Assembly: GCA_008932965.1 (NCBI GenBank)
Contig: WBXG01000014.1
Location: forward strand, 188-32,187
Source of the DNA: Verrucomicrobiota bacterium
GTDB taxonomy: Bacteria > Verrucomicrobiota > Verrucomicrobiia > Chthoniobacterales > UBA6821
Direction of reading: 5' to 3'
Length of the DNA stretch: 32,000 nucleotides
Part shown: piece by piece, positions 24,466-32,000 of the stretch
Position numbering within the stretch: position 1 is the first letter of the stretch
Layout of the letters: each line of letters opens with the position of its first letter
The notes under the pieces: generated by a model
Seen by the model: only the letters and a program-made list of their open reading frames with translations
What the model was told of the DNA's origin: nothing
Databases searched by the model: none
Position numbers and translations under genes: made by a program

Positions 24466-26838
24466 ATGCATTACCTTATTATTATTTTTCTTTTTCACTT
24501 AGGAGTTTTAGTAGCTCAAGAAACAACAATTTCTACTTCTTCCAAAGCAGTTGAACCTCTCAACCAAACTTCAACACGAGCCGAACTCTCCTCAAAGCTT
24601 CTATTAGAGCAAAAGCAATCCTCCCTTTCTGCCAAGTCTACCACTACAGGACCAGGAACTGACCTTGCTAACCAAGCTTCGTTAGAGAAATTACCCCACG
24701 TCTCGGCAGCAATTTTACGAACAAAACTCCAGCAGGAGAAGGATCCCTCACAACGCCATCAAATAGCGTTACGTCTTGCAGAGATTCTACTCCAGGAACA
24801 ACGTCCCGCTGAGGCTCTCTCAATCCTAGAGTCGAAGGATATTGACTCACCTCAAGAGGGAGAGCAGGACACGATGGTTCTATTCTGGAAAGCTCAAGCC
24901 CTACTTGCATTGCAGCGGCCTGCAGAGGCTATTGCATTACTTGAAAAACTAGTTTTGATATTTCATTCCAATCTCACTCCAGAACTTTCCACTCAACAAA
25001 CTCAAGATTATCTCGAAGCCTCTCAAATGAGCTTAGTTCGTGCCTACCGTGCACAAAGTGACTTTGCAAAAGCCATATCAGTGCTCGATACTATTACTCC
25101 CAATGGCCCCATGGCGGCTCTAGTCTTGCAAGAACGAATAGCAACTTTACTAGCCCTTCAAAAAAACAGTGATGTTGAACAACTCTTTAAAACCATCTCA
25201 CCACAGACACTTTCAAAGCAACCACGCCTGGCCTATCTTTTTGCGCTATGTGCAGCACAACAAGGGGACAATACTGAAGCTCTGAAGCGATTTTCAAAAG
25301 TGGAGGCTGTTGATCCTTGGACCTCCTCCGCTGCTATTTCAGGAATCGTTCATTGTGATATTTCCCTTAATAAACCTGCGGAAGCACAATTAATTTTAGA
25401 AAAATATTTGCAAGAGAATCCAGAATCTCCACGGGTAGCAGAATTGATGACTCAGTTAGAGCAGCTCTATATTCTTCAAAATAACAATGACATAACCCTT
25501 TTTCAAAAGTGGTCCCAAGATACAACACAACCCTGGCGTGCCTCCTATGCGCTACTTCCCTACGCACGAACCATGGAACGTCTTGGACATCGAGATAAAG
25601 CCGATGAATTGTGCACCATTTTTTTAACCACCTATCCTCATCATGCCCTTAACAATGAGGCTTTATTAGAACTGGCTCAGAGCAAACTCTTGCAAGGAGA
25701 TCCTCAAGGAGCCCTCTCCTATATTGGTGATAGACCTGATATGGCTTCTTCAATGCGGGCCCGCTACGCTTTTCAAAGGGGTTTAGCAGAATCAGCATTG
25801 AAACATCCTGAACAAGCCAAAAAAGCGTTTATTGAAGCGGCTTCTTTTGATCCCCATCTCTCAGAGGATGCCTTGTACAATCAATCGCTTCTTCAAATTA
25901 CCCCTGACATTGAGAATTCCATGACACCACTCAAAAATGCACACGACCAAAATGCTCATGAAAATGAGGAGTATCTAGCTGTTCTTTCCACAGATCAAGG
26001 AACTCGTCAAAGTGCAATTTCAGTGATTAAAGCATCTCGTCATTTTCTAGAAACCTACCCTCAATCCCCCTTCTCCAATGAAGTGAGGATGAAACTGGGG
26101 GAAGCCTTGCTGGCCTTTGGCAATGTTAGGGAAGCACGCTTAGAACTAGAAACAGTAGGAAAATTAGAGCCTTCTTCTGAACTAGGAAGGCAAGCACTTT
26201 TCCTAGCTGCCCAAGCAGCGTCACGCAGCATGGATCCTAAGTCCATTGATGATGCTTTGATGCTTTTAGAACAAATCGCTCAAAGCCCTCATGCAGGAGC
26301 TGATGTTTGGCAAGCAAGATTAGATCAAGCTGCGTTAAAAAATGCTCAAGCATTGCCACTAGAAGCAATTGCTATTTACGATCAGATTTTGGCTTCACAG
26401 GAACCCTCTCCTCAATTACGTAATACCGCACACATGGCAAAAGGAGACACGCTCTATGGACTGGGCACCAAAGATCGTGCTAATTATCAAGCGGCCATCA
26501 ACGTCTGGCGCCAGCTAGCCGATGAACCCAACATCGCTCCCTACTGGCGCAATCAAGCGCTCTGTAAAATAGGATTAACTGATGAAAAATTAGGCGATGT
26601 CGACTCTGCTCTTACAGCTTATTATGAAGCACTGAAGACTCCATTAAACCAAGAAACAGAGCTGCTCTGGCATGATAAATCAGCTTTTGAAGCAGCACGC
26701 TTGTTAGAGTCAAGAAAGCAATGGAGTGAAGCAATTCGACTTTATCAACAAATTGTTTCTGAAGGGGGCCCTCGTGCTTATGAGGCGCAGGAAAAAGTGA
26801 GCAAGCTTCGTTTAGAGAATTTTCTCTGGGAAAAATAG
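24466..26838 (+). CDS. Secreted TPR-repeat protein
   Basis: ATG 24466 gives the signal-like N-terminus MHYLIIIFLFHLGVLVAQETT. The tracked start at 24358 is a TTG with no signal peptide. The body has many helical repeats with TPR-like A/L/Y spacing (AEALSILE, AEAIALLEKL, FAKAISVLD, GDNTEALKRFSKV, WSEAIRLYQQIV). Confidence 0.75.
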   Translation: MHYLIIIFLFHLGVLVAQETTISTSSKAVEPLNQTSTRAELSSKLLLEQKQSSLSAKSTTTGPGTDLANQASLEKLPHVSAAILRTKLQQEKDPSQRHQIALRLAEILLQEQRPAEALSILESKDIDSPQEGEQDTMVLFWKAQALLALQRPAEAIALLEKLVLIFHSNLTPELSTQQTQDYLEASQMSLVRAYRAQSDFAKAISVLDTITPNGPMAALVLQERIATLLALQKNSDVEQLFKTISPQTLSKQPRLAYLFALCAAQQGDNTEALKRFSKVEAVDPWTSSAAISGIVHCDISLNKPAEAQLILEKYLQENPESPRVAELMTQLEQLYILQNNNDITLFQKWSQDTTQPWRASYALLPYARTMERLGHRDKADELCTIFLTTYPHHALNNEALLELAQSKLLQGDPQGALSYIGDRPDMASSMRARYAFQRGLAESALKHPEQAKKAFIEAASFDPHLSEDALYNQSLLQITPDIENSMTPLKNAHDQNAHENEEYLAVLSTDQGTRQSAISVIKASRHFLETYPQSPFSNEVRMKLGEALLAFGNVREARLELETVGKLEPSSELGRQALFLAAQAASRSMDPKSIDDALMLLEQIAQSPHAGADVWQARLDQAALKNAQALPLEAIAIYDQILASQEPSPQLRNTAHMAKGDTLYGLGTKDRANYQAAINVWRQLADEPNIAPYWRNQALCKIGLTDEKLGDVDSALTAYYEALKTPLNQETELLWHDKSAFEAARLLESRKQWSEAIRLYQQIVSEGGPRAYEAQEKVSKLRLENFLWEK

Positions 26839-26861
26839 ATTCCATAGCTCCTCATCATTAC

Positions 26862-26899
26862 GATCAGTATGAAACATCCAGGTTGACCCGGATATTTCT
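26862..26899 (+). repeat. Right-end TIR directly abutting a left-end TIR (tail-to-head MITE ends, no core)
   Basis: GATCAGTATGAAACATCCAGGT - TG - ACCCGGATATTTCT. The first part matches the right TIR and the second the left TIR. Confidence 0.65.
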
Positions 26900-26908
26900 A
26901 TTTTTTTC
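26871..26908 (+). terminator. Candidate intrinsic terminator built from the two TIR remnants
   Basis: GAAACATCCAGG-TTGA-CCCGGATATTTC forms a 12-position stem with 2 mismatches, followed by TATTTTTTTC. It lies 33 bp downstream of the TPR gene stop. Confidence 0.5.
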
Positions 26909-26926
26909 TATCCTCGAAATTTCTCT

Positions 26927-28021
26927 ATGGCTACACTTTCAGATTTTCTTATGACCTCCTCTATTCAACTTTTTATTCCTGGTCCTGTGAATGTTTCTCA
27001 AAAAACCAGAAATGCTTTTTCAAGACCGATGATAGGACATCGTGGTAATGATTTTAAAAAACTCTATGCCTCCTGCCAGCCACGCCTTCAAGCGCTTTTT
27101 CAAACCGAGCGGCCTGTCTATATTTCTACCTCCTCGGCATGGGGAGTGATGGAAGGGGCATTGCGTAATCTAGTTCAAGGAAAGGTGCTCCATTGTATGA
27201 ATGGGGCTTTTTCTGATAAATGGTTTGATGTGGCAGAACGTTGTGGGTATCACGCAGAGAAGCTACAGGTAGATTGGGGAAACCCTATCACTCCTGAACT
27301 CTTAAGAGCTCGTTTAGAACAAGGGGATATTGATCTTGTCACTTTAATCCATAATGAAACCTCCACTGGTGTCTTAAGCTCCTTAAAAGAGCTCGCTGAG
27401 GTGATGAAGCAATTCCCAAATATCTTTTTTGTTGTAGATACTGTTTCATCTTTTTCTACGATCCCTATCTCGATGGATGAACTTGGAATTGATGTGATGT
27501 TAACAGGAAGTCAAAAGGCATTAGCACTTCCTCCAGGGTTGGCACTTTTTTCGGTTTCTCAAAAAGCAATGGAACGTGCAGCAAAAATCAAGGGTAGAGG
27601 CTACTATTTCGATTTCCTCGAATTTCAAAAAAATCATGAAGGGGATATGACCCCAAGCACTCCTTCTATTGGACATATCTATGCTTTACAATCGAAGCTT
27701 GATGATATTTTTGAAGAAGGGATCCACGAACGCTATGCCCGTCATGCGCGGACTAATAAGCTCGTTCACGATTGGGTCAAGCACCATGGATTCGAATTTT
27801 TTGCCCCGGAAGGATACCGCTCTTTATCACTGACCTGTGTTAAAAATAACAAAGAGGTCGATGTGGCTGCATGGATTGCCCGTCTCAAAGAAAAATATCA
27901 TACGATTATTGATGGGGGTTATGGAAAGATCAAAGGGACCACTTTCCGTATTTCTAACATGGGAGATGAGACCGAGGAGACGGTATCTCAGCTTCTCTCT
28001 TGGCTTGATGATGTGAGGTAG
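26927..28021 (+). CDS. Class-V pyridoxal-phosphate aminotransferase (serine-pyruvate / alanine-glyoxylate / phosphoserine aminotransferase-like)
   Basis: 364 aa. FIPGPVNV N-terminus, NETSTGV, VVDTVSS, and PLP-lysine motif TGSQKALALPPGLA. Substrate cannot be assigned from sequence alone. Confidence 0.85.
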   Translation: MATLSDFLMTSSIQLFIPGPVNVSQKTRNAFSRPMIGHRGNDFKKLYASCQPRLQALFQTERPVYISTSSAWGVMEGALRNLVQGKVLHCMNGAFSDKWFDVAERCGYHAEKLQVDWGNPITPELLRARLEQGDIDLVTLIHNETSTGVLSSLKELAEVMKQFPNIFFVVDTVSSFSTIPISMDELGIDVMLTGSQKALALPPGLALFSVSQKAMERAAKIKGRGYYFDFLEFQKNHEGDMTPSTPSIGHIYALQSKLDDIFEEGIHERYARHARTNKLVHDWVKHHGFEFFAPEGYRSLSLTCVKNNKEVDVAAWIARLKEKYHTIIDGGYGKIKGTTFRISNMGDETEETVSQLLSWLDDVR

Positions 28022-28100
28022 AGGCTGCCACAGCTACCATCTTTACACCTGCTTTCCGCTTGCTCCTCTTGACTCTAGCCTATAGCCTCCAGGCTTCTTT

Positions 28101-30821
28101 ATGAGTTACCGAGATACTGTTTCTTTGCCCAAAACCGATTTTCCGATGCGTGCCGGTCTTGCTACCCGAGAACCAGAATTACTAGCCCGCTGGAGTCAAG
28201 AGAATCTCTATGAGCGTATTATTGAGTCGCGTCAGGGACGACCTCGCTACCTACTTCATGACGGTCCTCCCTTTGCTAATGGAAAAGTTCATATGGGAAC
28301 AGCGCTTAATAAAGTGCTCAAAGATTTCGTCATTAAGTCAAAAACGATGGCTGGTTTTCAGGCTCCTTTCGTTCCAGGCTGGGATTGTCATGGGCTGCCT
28401 ATTGAATTCAAAGTTGTACAATCCTCTCGGGGGCTGACCCCTCTTCAAATTCGAGAACAATCAGAAGCCTACGCGAGAAAATTTATCACTATTCAACGTG
28501 ATGATTTCAAGCGGCTCGGTGTCTTTGGAGATTGGGAAAATCCCTACCTCACCTTGGATCCTGCATATGAAGCTAGCGTGATTCATTCTTTTGGAAAGAT
28601 TGTTAAAAAAGGACTTGTTTATCGGAGTAAGAAGCCGGTGCATTGGAGCACGGGAGCTCAAACCGCTCTAGCAGAGGCTGAAATCGAGTACCAAGAAAAA
28701 ATCTCCCCTGCTATCTATGTTGCATTTCCTCTCAAGAATGAAAATCTAGAAAATGTCAGCGTCATTATTTGGACAACAACGCCTTGGACACTGCCTGCCA
28801 ATGTGGCTGTAGCCCTCAATGCTGATGCAACTTACGTGATTCTTCATACCAAGAACAAAAAAGGTTCTGAAAGAAAATATTTAGTAGCAGAAAAACTCGT
28901 CGATAAAATCTGTGAAGCATGTGCACTAGAAAAAATCTCCCTTCATGAGACCTTCTTGGGCTCTCAACTAGCAGGAATGCAAGTAGAGCATCCTTTCCTA
29001 CCACGCACAGCTACTCTCTTTTGTGGAGATTTTGTCACTTTGGATACTGGAACAGGACTTGTCCATATTGCTCCTGGGCATGGAGAAGATGACTACTCCT
29101 TAGGAATCAAAAACAATTTACCCATTTTATCCCCTGTGGACGATGATGGCTGTTTTACCGAGGAATGCGGTCTTACTGAACTCGTCGGCAAGCAGGTCTT
29201 TGCTGGAAATCAACTCATTATCGATCTACTTGAGGCTCGAGGTCTCTTACTTGGACATAAAGAATATACTCATAGTTATCCTCATTGCTGGCGCTCTAAA
29301 ACACCGATTCTCTTTCGTGCTGTGGAGCAATTTTTTATTAGCATTTCCAAACTTCGAGAAAGTGCTCTTAGTGCCATTGATGAGGTCTCGTGGCTTCCTC
29401 ATTGGGGACGCAACCGTATACGAGGAACGGTCGAAAACCGTCCCGACTGGTGTATCTCGCGCCAACGCTCCTGGGGTGTTCCGTTACCTGTTTTTTACGA
29501 TGAGAAAAATCAACCAATCCTAGATCCCCTCATCATTGCCAATGTTGCCAAGGTCATCGAAGAGCATGGTTCCAATGCCTGGTTCTCTTTGGATGACCCA
29601 ACCTGGTGTCGCCTTGCAGGAGCACCTGTTGGATCAACACGCCGTTTTGATACGCTGGATGTTTGGATTGATAGCGGGGTGAGTCATGAAGCTGTTTTGC
29701 GAGCACGACCTGAGTTGCAATTTCCAGCAGATCTTTATTTAGAAGCCACTGATCAGCATCGAGGCTGGTTTCAATCCTCACTCATGACCTCCATAGCACT
29801 TCATGGCGTTGCTCCCTACAAGAGTGTCTTGACCCATGGGTATGTCGTCGATGTCGACACACGTCAGAAGATTTCTAAATCCAATCAAGGAACACCTGGA
29901 TATCAAAAACCGACTGAAGTAGACCATTTTATCAAGACCTACGGAGCAGATATTGTTCGTCTCTGGGCAAGTAGTATTCAAATCACCGATGATGTCCCCT
30001 TTTCTGAAGAAATTTTTGCACGTGTGACCGATTCCTATCGTCGCCTGCGTAACACACTGCGAATCCTTCTAGGGAACCTTGCTGGATATGATCCTCACGC
30101 AAGTACACCCACACCAACGGGCATCGACTTATGGATTCTAGGACGTTTGCAGCAGGTGGTTAATATATGCCGTTCTGCATATGATGAATTCTCATTTCAA
30201 CGTGTCTTCCATACGATTAATCAATTTTGTACGGTCGATTTGAGCAGTCACTATATTGATGCGACCAAAGATCGCCTTTACTGCGACTCACCAAATTCAA
30301 ACCGACGTCGCTCCACCCAGGCGACCATGGCCCATATCTTTGAAACCTTAACACGCTTGCTAGCACCGATTTTGGTTTTCACTGCTGAAGAGGCCTGGGG
30401 CTACTATCGGCCAGGAAGCTCCATTCATGTAGAATACTTTCCAGAAGTCGTAGAGGTCGATGAAGAGCTACTCAAGCGCTACGAAAAACTGTTTCTCCTG
30501 CGCGGCCAGGTTGCTCAAGCTCTCGAAAAAGCACAGAATGATCATCTCATTTCCAATCCTTTGGAAGCAAAAGTAATTGTAACAACAGAAGATACTTTGA
30601 TTTTACAAAGCACTGGGACTTCTGCAGGCCTCTCAGAAGCAGAAGAGCTTTTTATCTTGAGTTATCTTGAGGTAGTGCAGGGTCCAGAAATGATTCGTAT
30701 TGAAAAAACGACCACTCAGAAATGTGAGCGCTGCTGGCGTCATCGTAATGATGTGGGGAACCATCATGAGCATCCGACGTTATGTGGACGCTGCTCAACA
30801 GTGATGAGTGAGAGAATCTGA
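28101..30821 (+). CDS. ileS: Isoleucine--tRNA ligase, bacterial type 1
   Basis: 906 aa. HIGH-type motif PFANGKVHMGTALNK, editing-domain TTTPWTLPAN, KMSKS-type motif KISKSNQG, and a C-terminal zinc knuckle CERCWRH ... CGRC. Confidence 0.96.
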   Translation: MSYRDTVSLPKTDFPMRAGLATREPELLARWSQENLYERIIESRQGRPRYLLHDGPPFANGKVHMGTALNKVLKDFVIKSKTMAGFQAPFVPGWDCHGLPIEFKVVQSSRGLTPLQIREQSEAYARKFITIQRDDFKRLGVFGDWENPYLTLDPAYEASVIHSFGKIVKKGLVYRSKKPVHWSTGAQTALAEAEIEYQEKISPAIYVAFPLKNENLENVSVIIWTTTPWTLPANVAVALNADATYVILHTKNKKGSERKYLVAEKLVDKICEACALEKISLHETFLGSQLAGMQVEHPFLPRTATLFCGDFVTLDTGTGLVHIAPGHGEDDYSLGIKNNLPILSPVDDDGCFTEECGLTELVGKQVFAGNQLIIDLLEARGLLLGHKEYTHSYPHCWRSKTPILFRAVEQFFISISKLRESALSAIDEVSWLPHWGRNRIRGTVENRPDWCISRQRSWGVPLPVFYDEKNQPILDPLIIANVAKVIEEHGSNAWFSLDDPTWCRLAGAPVGSTRRFDTLDVWIDSGVSHEAVLRARPELQFPADLYLEATDQHRGWFQSSLMTSIALHGVAPYKSVLTHGYVVDVDTRQKISKSNQGTPGYQKPTEVDHFIKTYGADIVRLWASSIQITDDVPFSEEIFARVTDSYRRLRNTLRILLGNLAGYDPHASTPTPTGIDLWILGRLQQVVNICRSAYDEFSFQRVFHTINQFCTVDLSSHYIDATKDRLYCDSPNSNRRRSTQATMAHIFETLTRLLAPILVFTAEEAWGYYRPGSSIHVEYFPEVVEVDEELLKRYEKLFLLRGQVAQALEKAQNDHLISNPLEAKVIVTTEDTLILQSTGTSAGLSEAEELFILSYLEVVQGPEMIRIEKTTTQKCERCWRHRNDVGNHHEHPTLCGRCSTVMSERI

Positions 30822-30832
30822 AGCATTTCTTC

Positions 30833-31699
30833 ATGAAGACAGAGAGCTTTTTTCTTCTCAAGCTTCAGGCTCCCGATCGCATCGGTCTACTTGCCTCCAT
30901 TACAAACCTTATCGCAAAGCATCAGGGAAACTTAGTAGAGGTGCAACAGTATACGAGCACGCTTGATAAGGTATTTTTTGGACGTCTTGCTTTTGAAATT
31001 TCAGGACTCGACAAAATTGAAGAACTCAAAAAAAATATCTCTCTTCTCGCACAAGAGATAGAAGCTCAATGGACATTACGAGATCAGAGTGTTCCATTAA
31101 AGACAATCTTGCTTGTGAGTAAAACAAACCACTGTCTTGCCGATCTTCTTTGGCGCTGGCGATCTCAAGAACTCAACATCGCCATTCAATCTGTGATTTC
31201 TAATCATGAGGATTTACGCTCCGAAGTCGAACGCGAAGGATTACCTTTTCATTATTTCCCAATCCCCCAGGAAGCCGCACTAAAAGAACAAGCCTTACAA
31301 CAGATGGCGGCCATGATTCGTCGTGAATCGGCAGAACTTCTTGTGATGTGCCGCTACATGCAAGTGCTCCCTGCATGGTTGTGTGAAGAGTATAAAAATC
31401 GAATTATCAATATTCATCATTCCCTTTTACCAGCCTTTGTGGGAGCAGATCCTTACAGACAGGCCTACAATCGAGGAGTGAAGCTCATTGGAGCAACATG
31501 CCATTATGCTACCGAGCAGCTTGATGCAGGCCCCATCATTCATCAAGAGATGCTTCGAATAGAACATTTCCATTCGTTAAATGATATACGACGCCTCGGT
31601 CGTGATTGTGAAAAACTAGCACTAGCACGAGGAATTCGTTTTCATGCCGATGACCGTGTTCTTGTTTACGATGGGCGATCTATCGTGTTTGGAGATTAA
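30833..31699 (+). CDS. purU: Formyltetrahydrofolate deformylase
   Basis: N-terminal ACT domain (LKLQAPDRIGLLASITNLIAKHQGNLVE) plus a formyltransferase domain (INIHHSLLPAFVGADPY, GATCHYATEQLDAGPII). 288 aa. It starts 11 bp after ileS. Confidence 0.9.
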   Translation: MKTESFFLLKLQAPDRIGLLASITNLIAKHQGNLVEVQQYTSTLDKVFFGRLAFEISGLDKIEELKKNISLLAQEIEAQWTLRDQSVPLKTILLVSKTNHCLADLLWRWRSQELNIAIQSVISNHEDLRSEVEREGLPFHYFPIPQEAALKEQALQQMAAMIRRESAELLVMCRYMQVLPAWLCEEYKNRIINIHHSLLPAFVGADPYRQAYNRGVKLIGATCHYATEQLDAGPIIHQEMLRIEHFHSLNDIRRLGRDCEKLALARGIRFHADDRVLVYDGRSIVFGD

Positions 31700-31752
31700 G
31701 TAAAATGGTAGACTCGATCATAATAATAGAGCCTCCTATATTCTCCTTCATT

Positions 31753-31796
31753 CTGACCGGCCCCTCACGACCAATCAGTATCAAATATCCGGGGGC
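31753..31796 (+). repeat. Solo right-end MITE remnant
   Basis: CTGACCGGCCCCTCACGACCAATCAGTATCAAATATCCGGGGGC aligns with CTTCCCGGCTTCCGTAGTAGATCAGTATGAAATATGCGGGC. Followed by TA (31797-31798). Confidence 0.6.
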
Positions 31797-31827
31797 TAAT
31801 CCCTCTCTTCTTCCTCCCGTACCCCTT

Positions 31828-32000
31828 ATGACTATTCAGTTCCCCCTTTTAGCTATTGCTCTCTTCATGATGGGTACCCTACCGATCTTACAAGCGGCCC
31901 CTCTCTATGATTCCGCTGAAGAGATGATTACATCGGATGACTATGGGGCCTTTCTCAACGCACTCGAAGCACAAAGAACATCCGAGTTTAGAGAAATCGA
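31828..32000 (+). CDS. 3'-partial ORF, putative secreted protein, possibly another SUMF1-domain paralogue
   Basis: ATG at 31828 opens MTIQFPLLAIALFMMGTLPILQAAPLYDSAEEMITSDDYGAFLNALEAQ..., running to the window edge. It has a signal-peptide-like start. ITSDDYGAFLNAL resembles the YxxFLN motif of the 4944-6659 protein. Too short to be sure. Confidence 0.4.
   Translation, partial: MTIQFPLLAIALFMMGTLPILQAAPLYDSAEEMITSDDYGAFLNALEAQRTSEFREI

Noticed and set aside
28030-28075. Possible remnant of the element's right arm upstream of ileS (CCATCTTTACACCTGCTTTCCGCTTGCTCC against CCATCTGACTTCCCGGCTTCCG).
   Set aside because: There is no TIR and no TA-flanked end, and the match is short and gapped. It is too weak to annotate.
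28022-28100. A T-box or other leader upstream of ileS.
   Set aside because: The spacer is only 79 bp. That is too short for a T-box, and it has no specifier or terminator architecture.
6811-31798. Whether the recurring repeat could be a CRISPR array or a REP/BIME-type extragenic palindrome.
   Set aside because: The copies are kilobases apart with no regular spacing. They are 143-271 bp, bounded by terminal inverted repeats and flanked by TA. One copy lies inside a gene. That pattern fits a MITE, not CRISPR repeats or 35-bp REPs.

Overview
32-kb chromosomal window, roughly low-40s % GC by eye (not computed). I cannot place the bacterium with confidence. Secreted SUMF1/FGE-domain proteins, a large TPR protein and a long-form Icd hint at a PVC-group or host-associated lineage, but that is inference only. 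Most of the window is housekeeping. Plus strand: 5'-partial icd, carB, a secreted SUMF1-domain protein, tatA, an SDR epimerase-like gene, a TPR protein, a class-V aminotransferase, ileS, purU and a 3'-partial secreted-protein gene. Minus strand: dnaB, rplI, a complete tightly coupled hisG-D-C-B-H-A-F-IE operon, uvrA, tRNA-Ser(GCU) and a 743-aa orphan with a glycine-zipper hydrophobic core. The stand-out feature is not in the ORF track. It is a family of short (143-271 bp) non-coding palindromic elements with about 22-bp terminal inverted repeats (GCCCGGATATTTCATACTGATC ... GATCAGTATGAAATATGCGGGC) flanked by TA on both sides. I count five near-full copies and at least six fragments, and every copy whose internal sequence can be oriented points the same way. 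One copy sits in-frame inside hisD and adds exactly 60 codons. One sits in the TA of the dnaB stop codon. One remnant supplies the stop codon of the 743-aa ORF. A pair of end remnants forms a terminator-like hairpin after the TPR gene. Other oddities are a UvrA lacking the roughly 105-aa insertion domain, a roughly 46-aa extra segment in HisC, and an internally duplicated SUMF1-domain protein. No CRISPR array, rRNA, transposase or prophage genes were seen.
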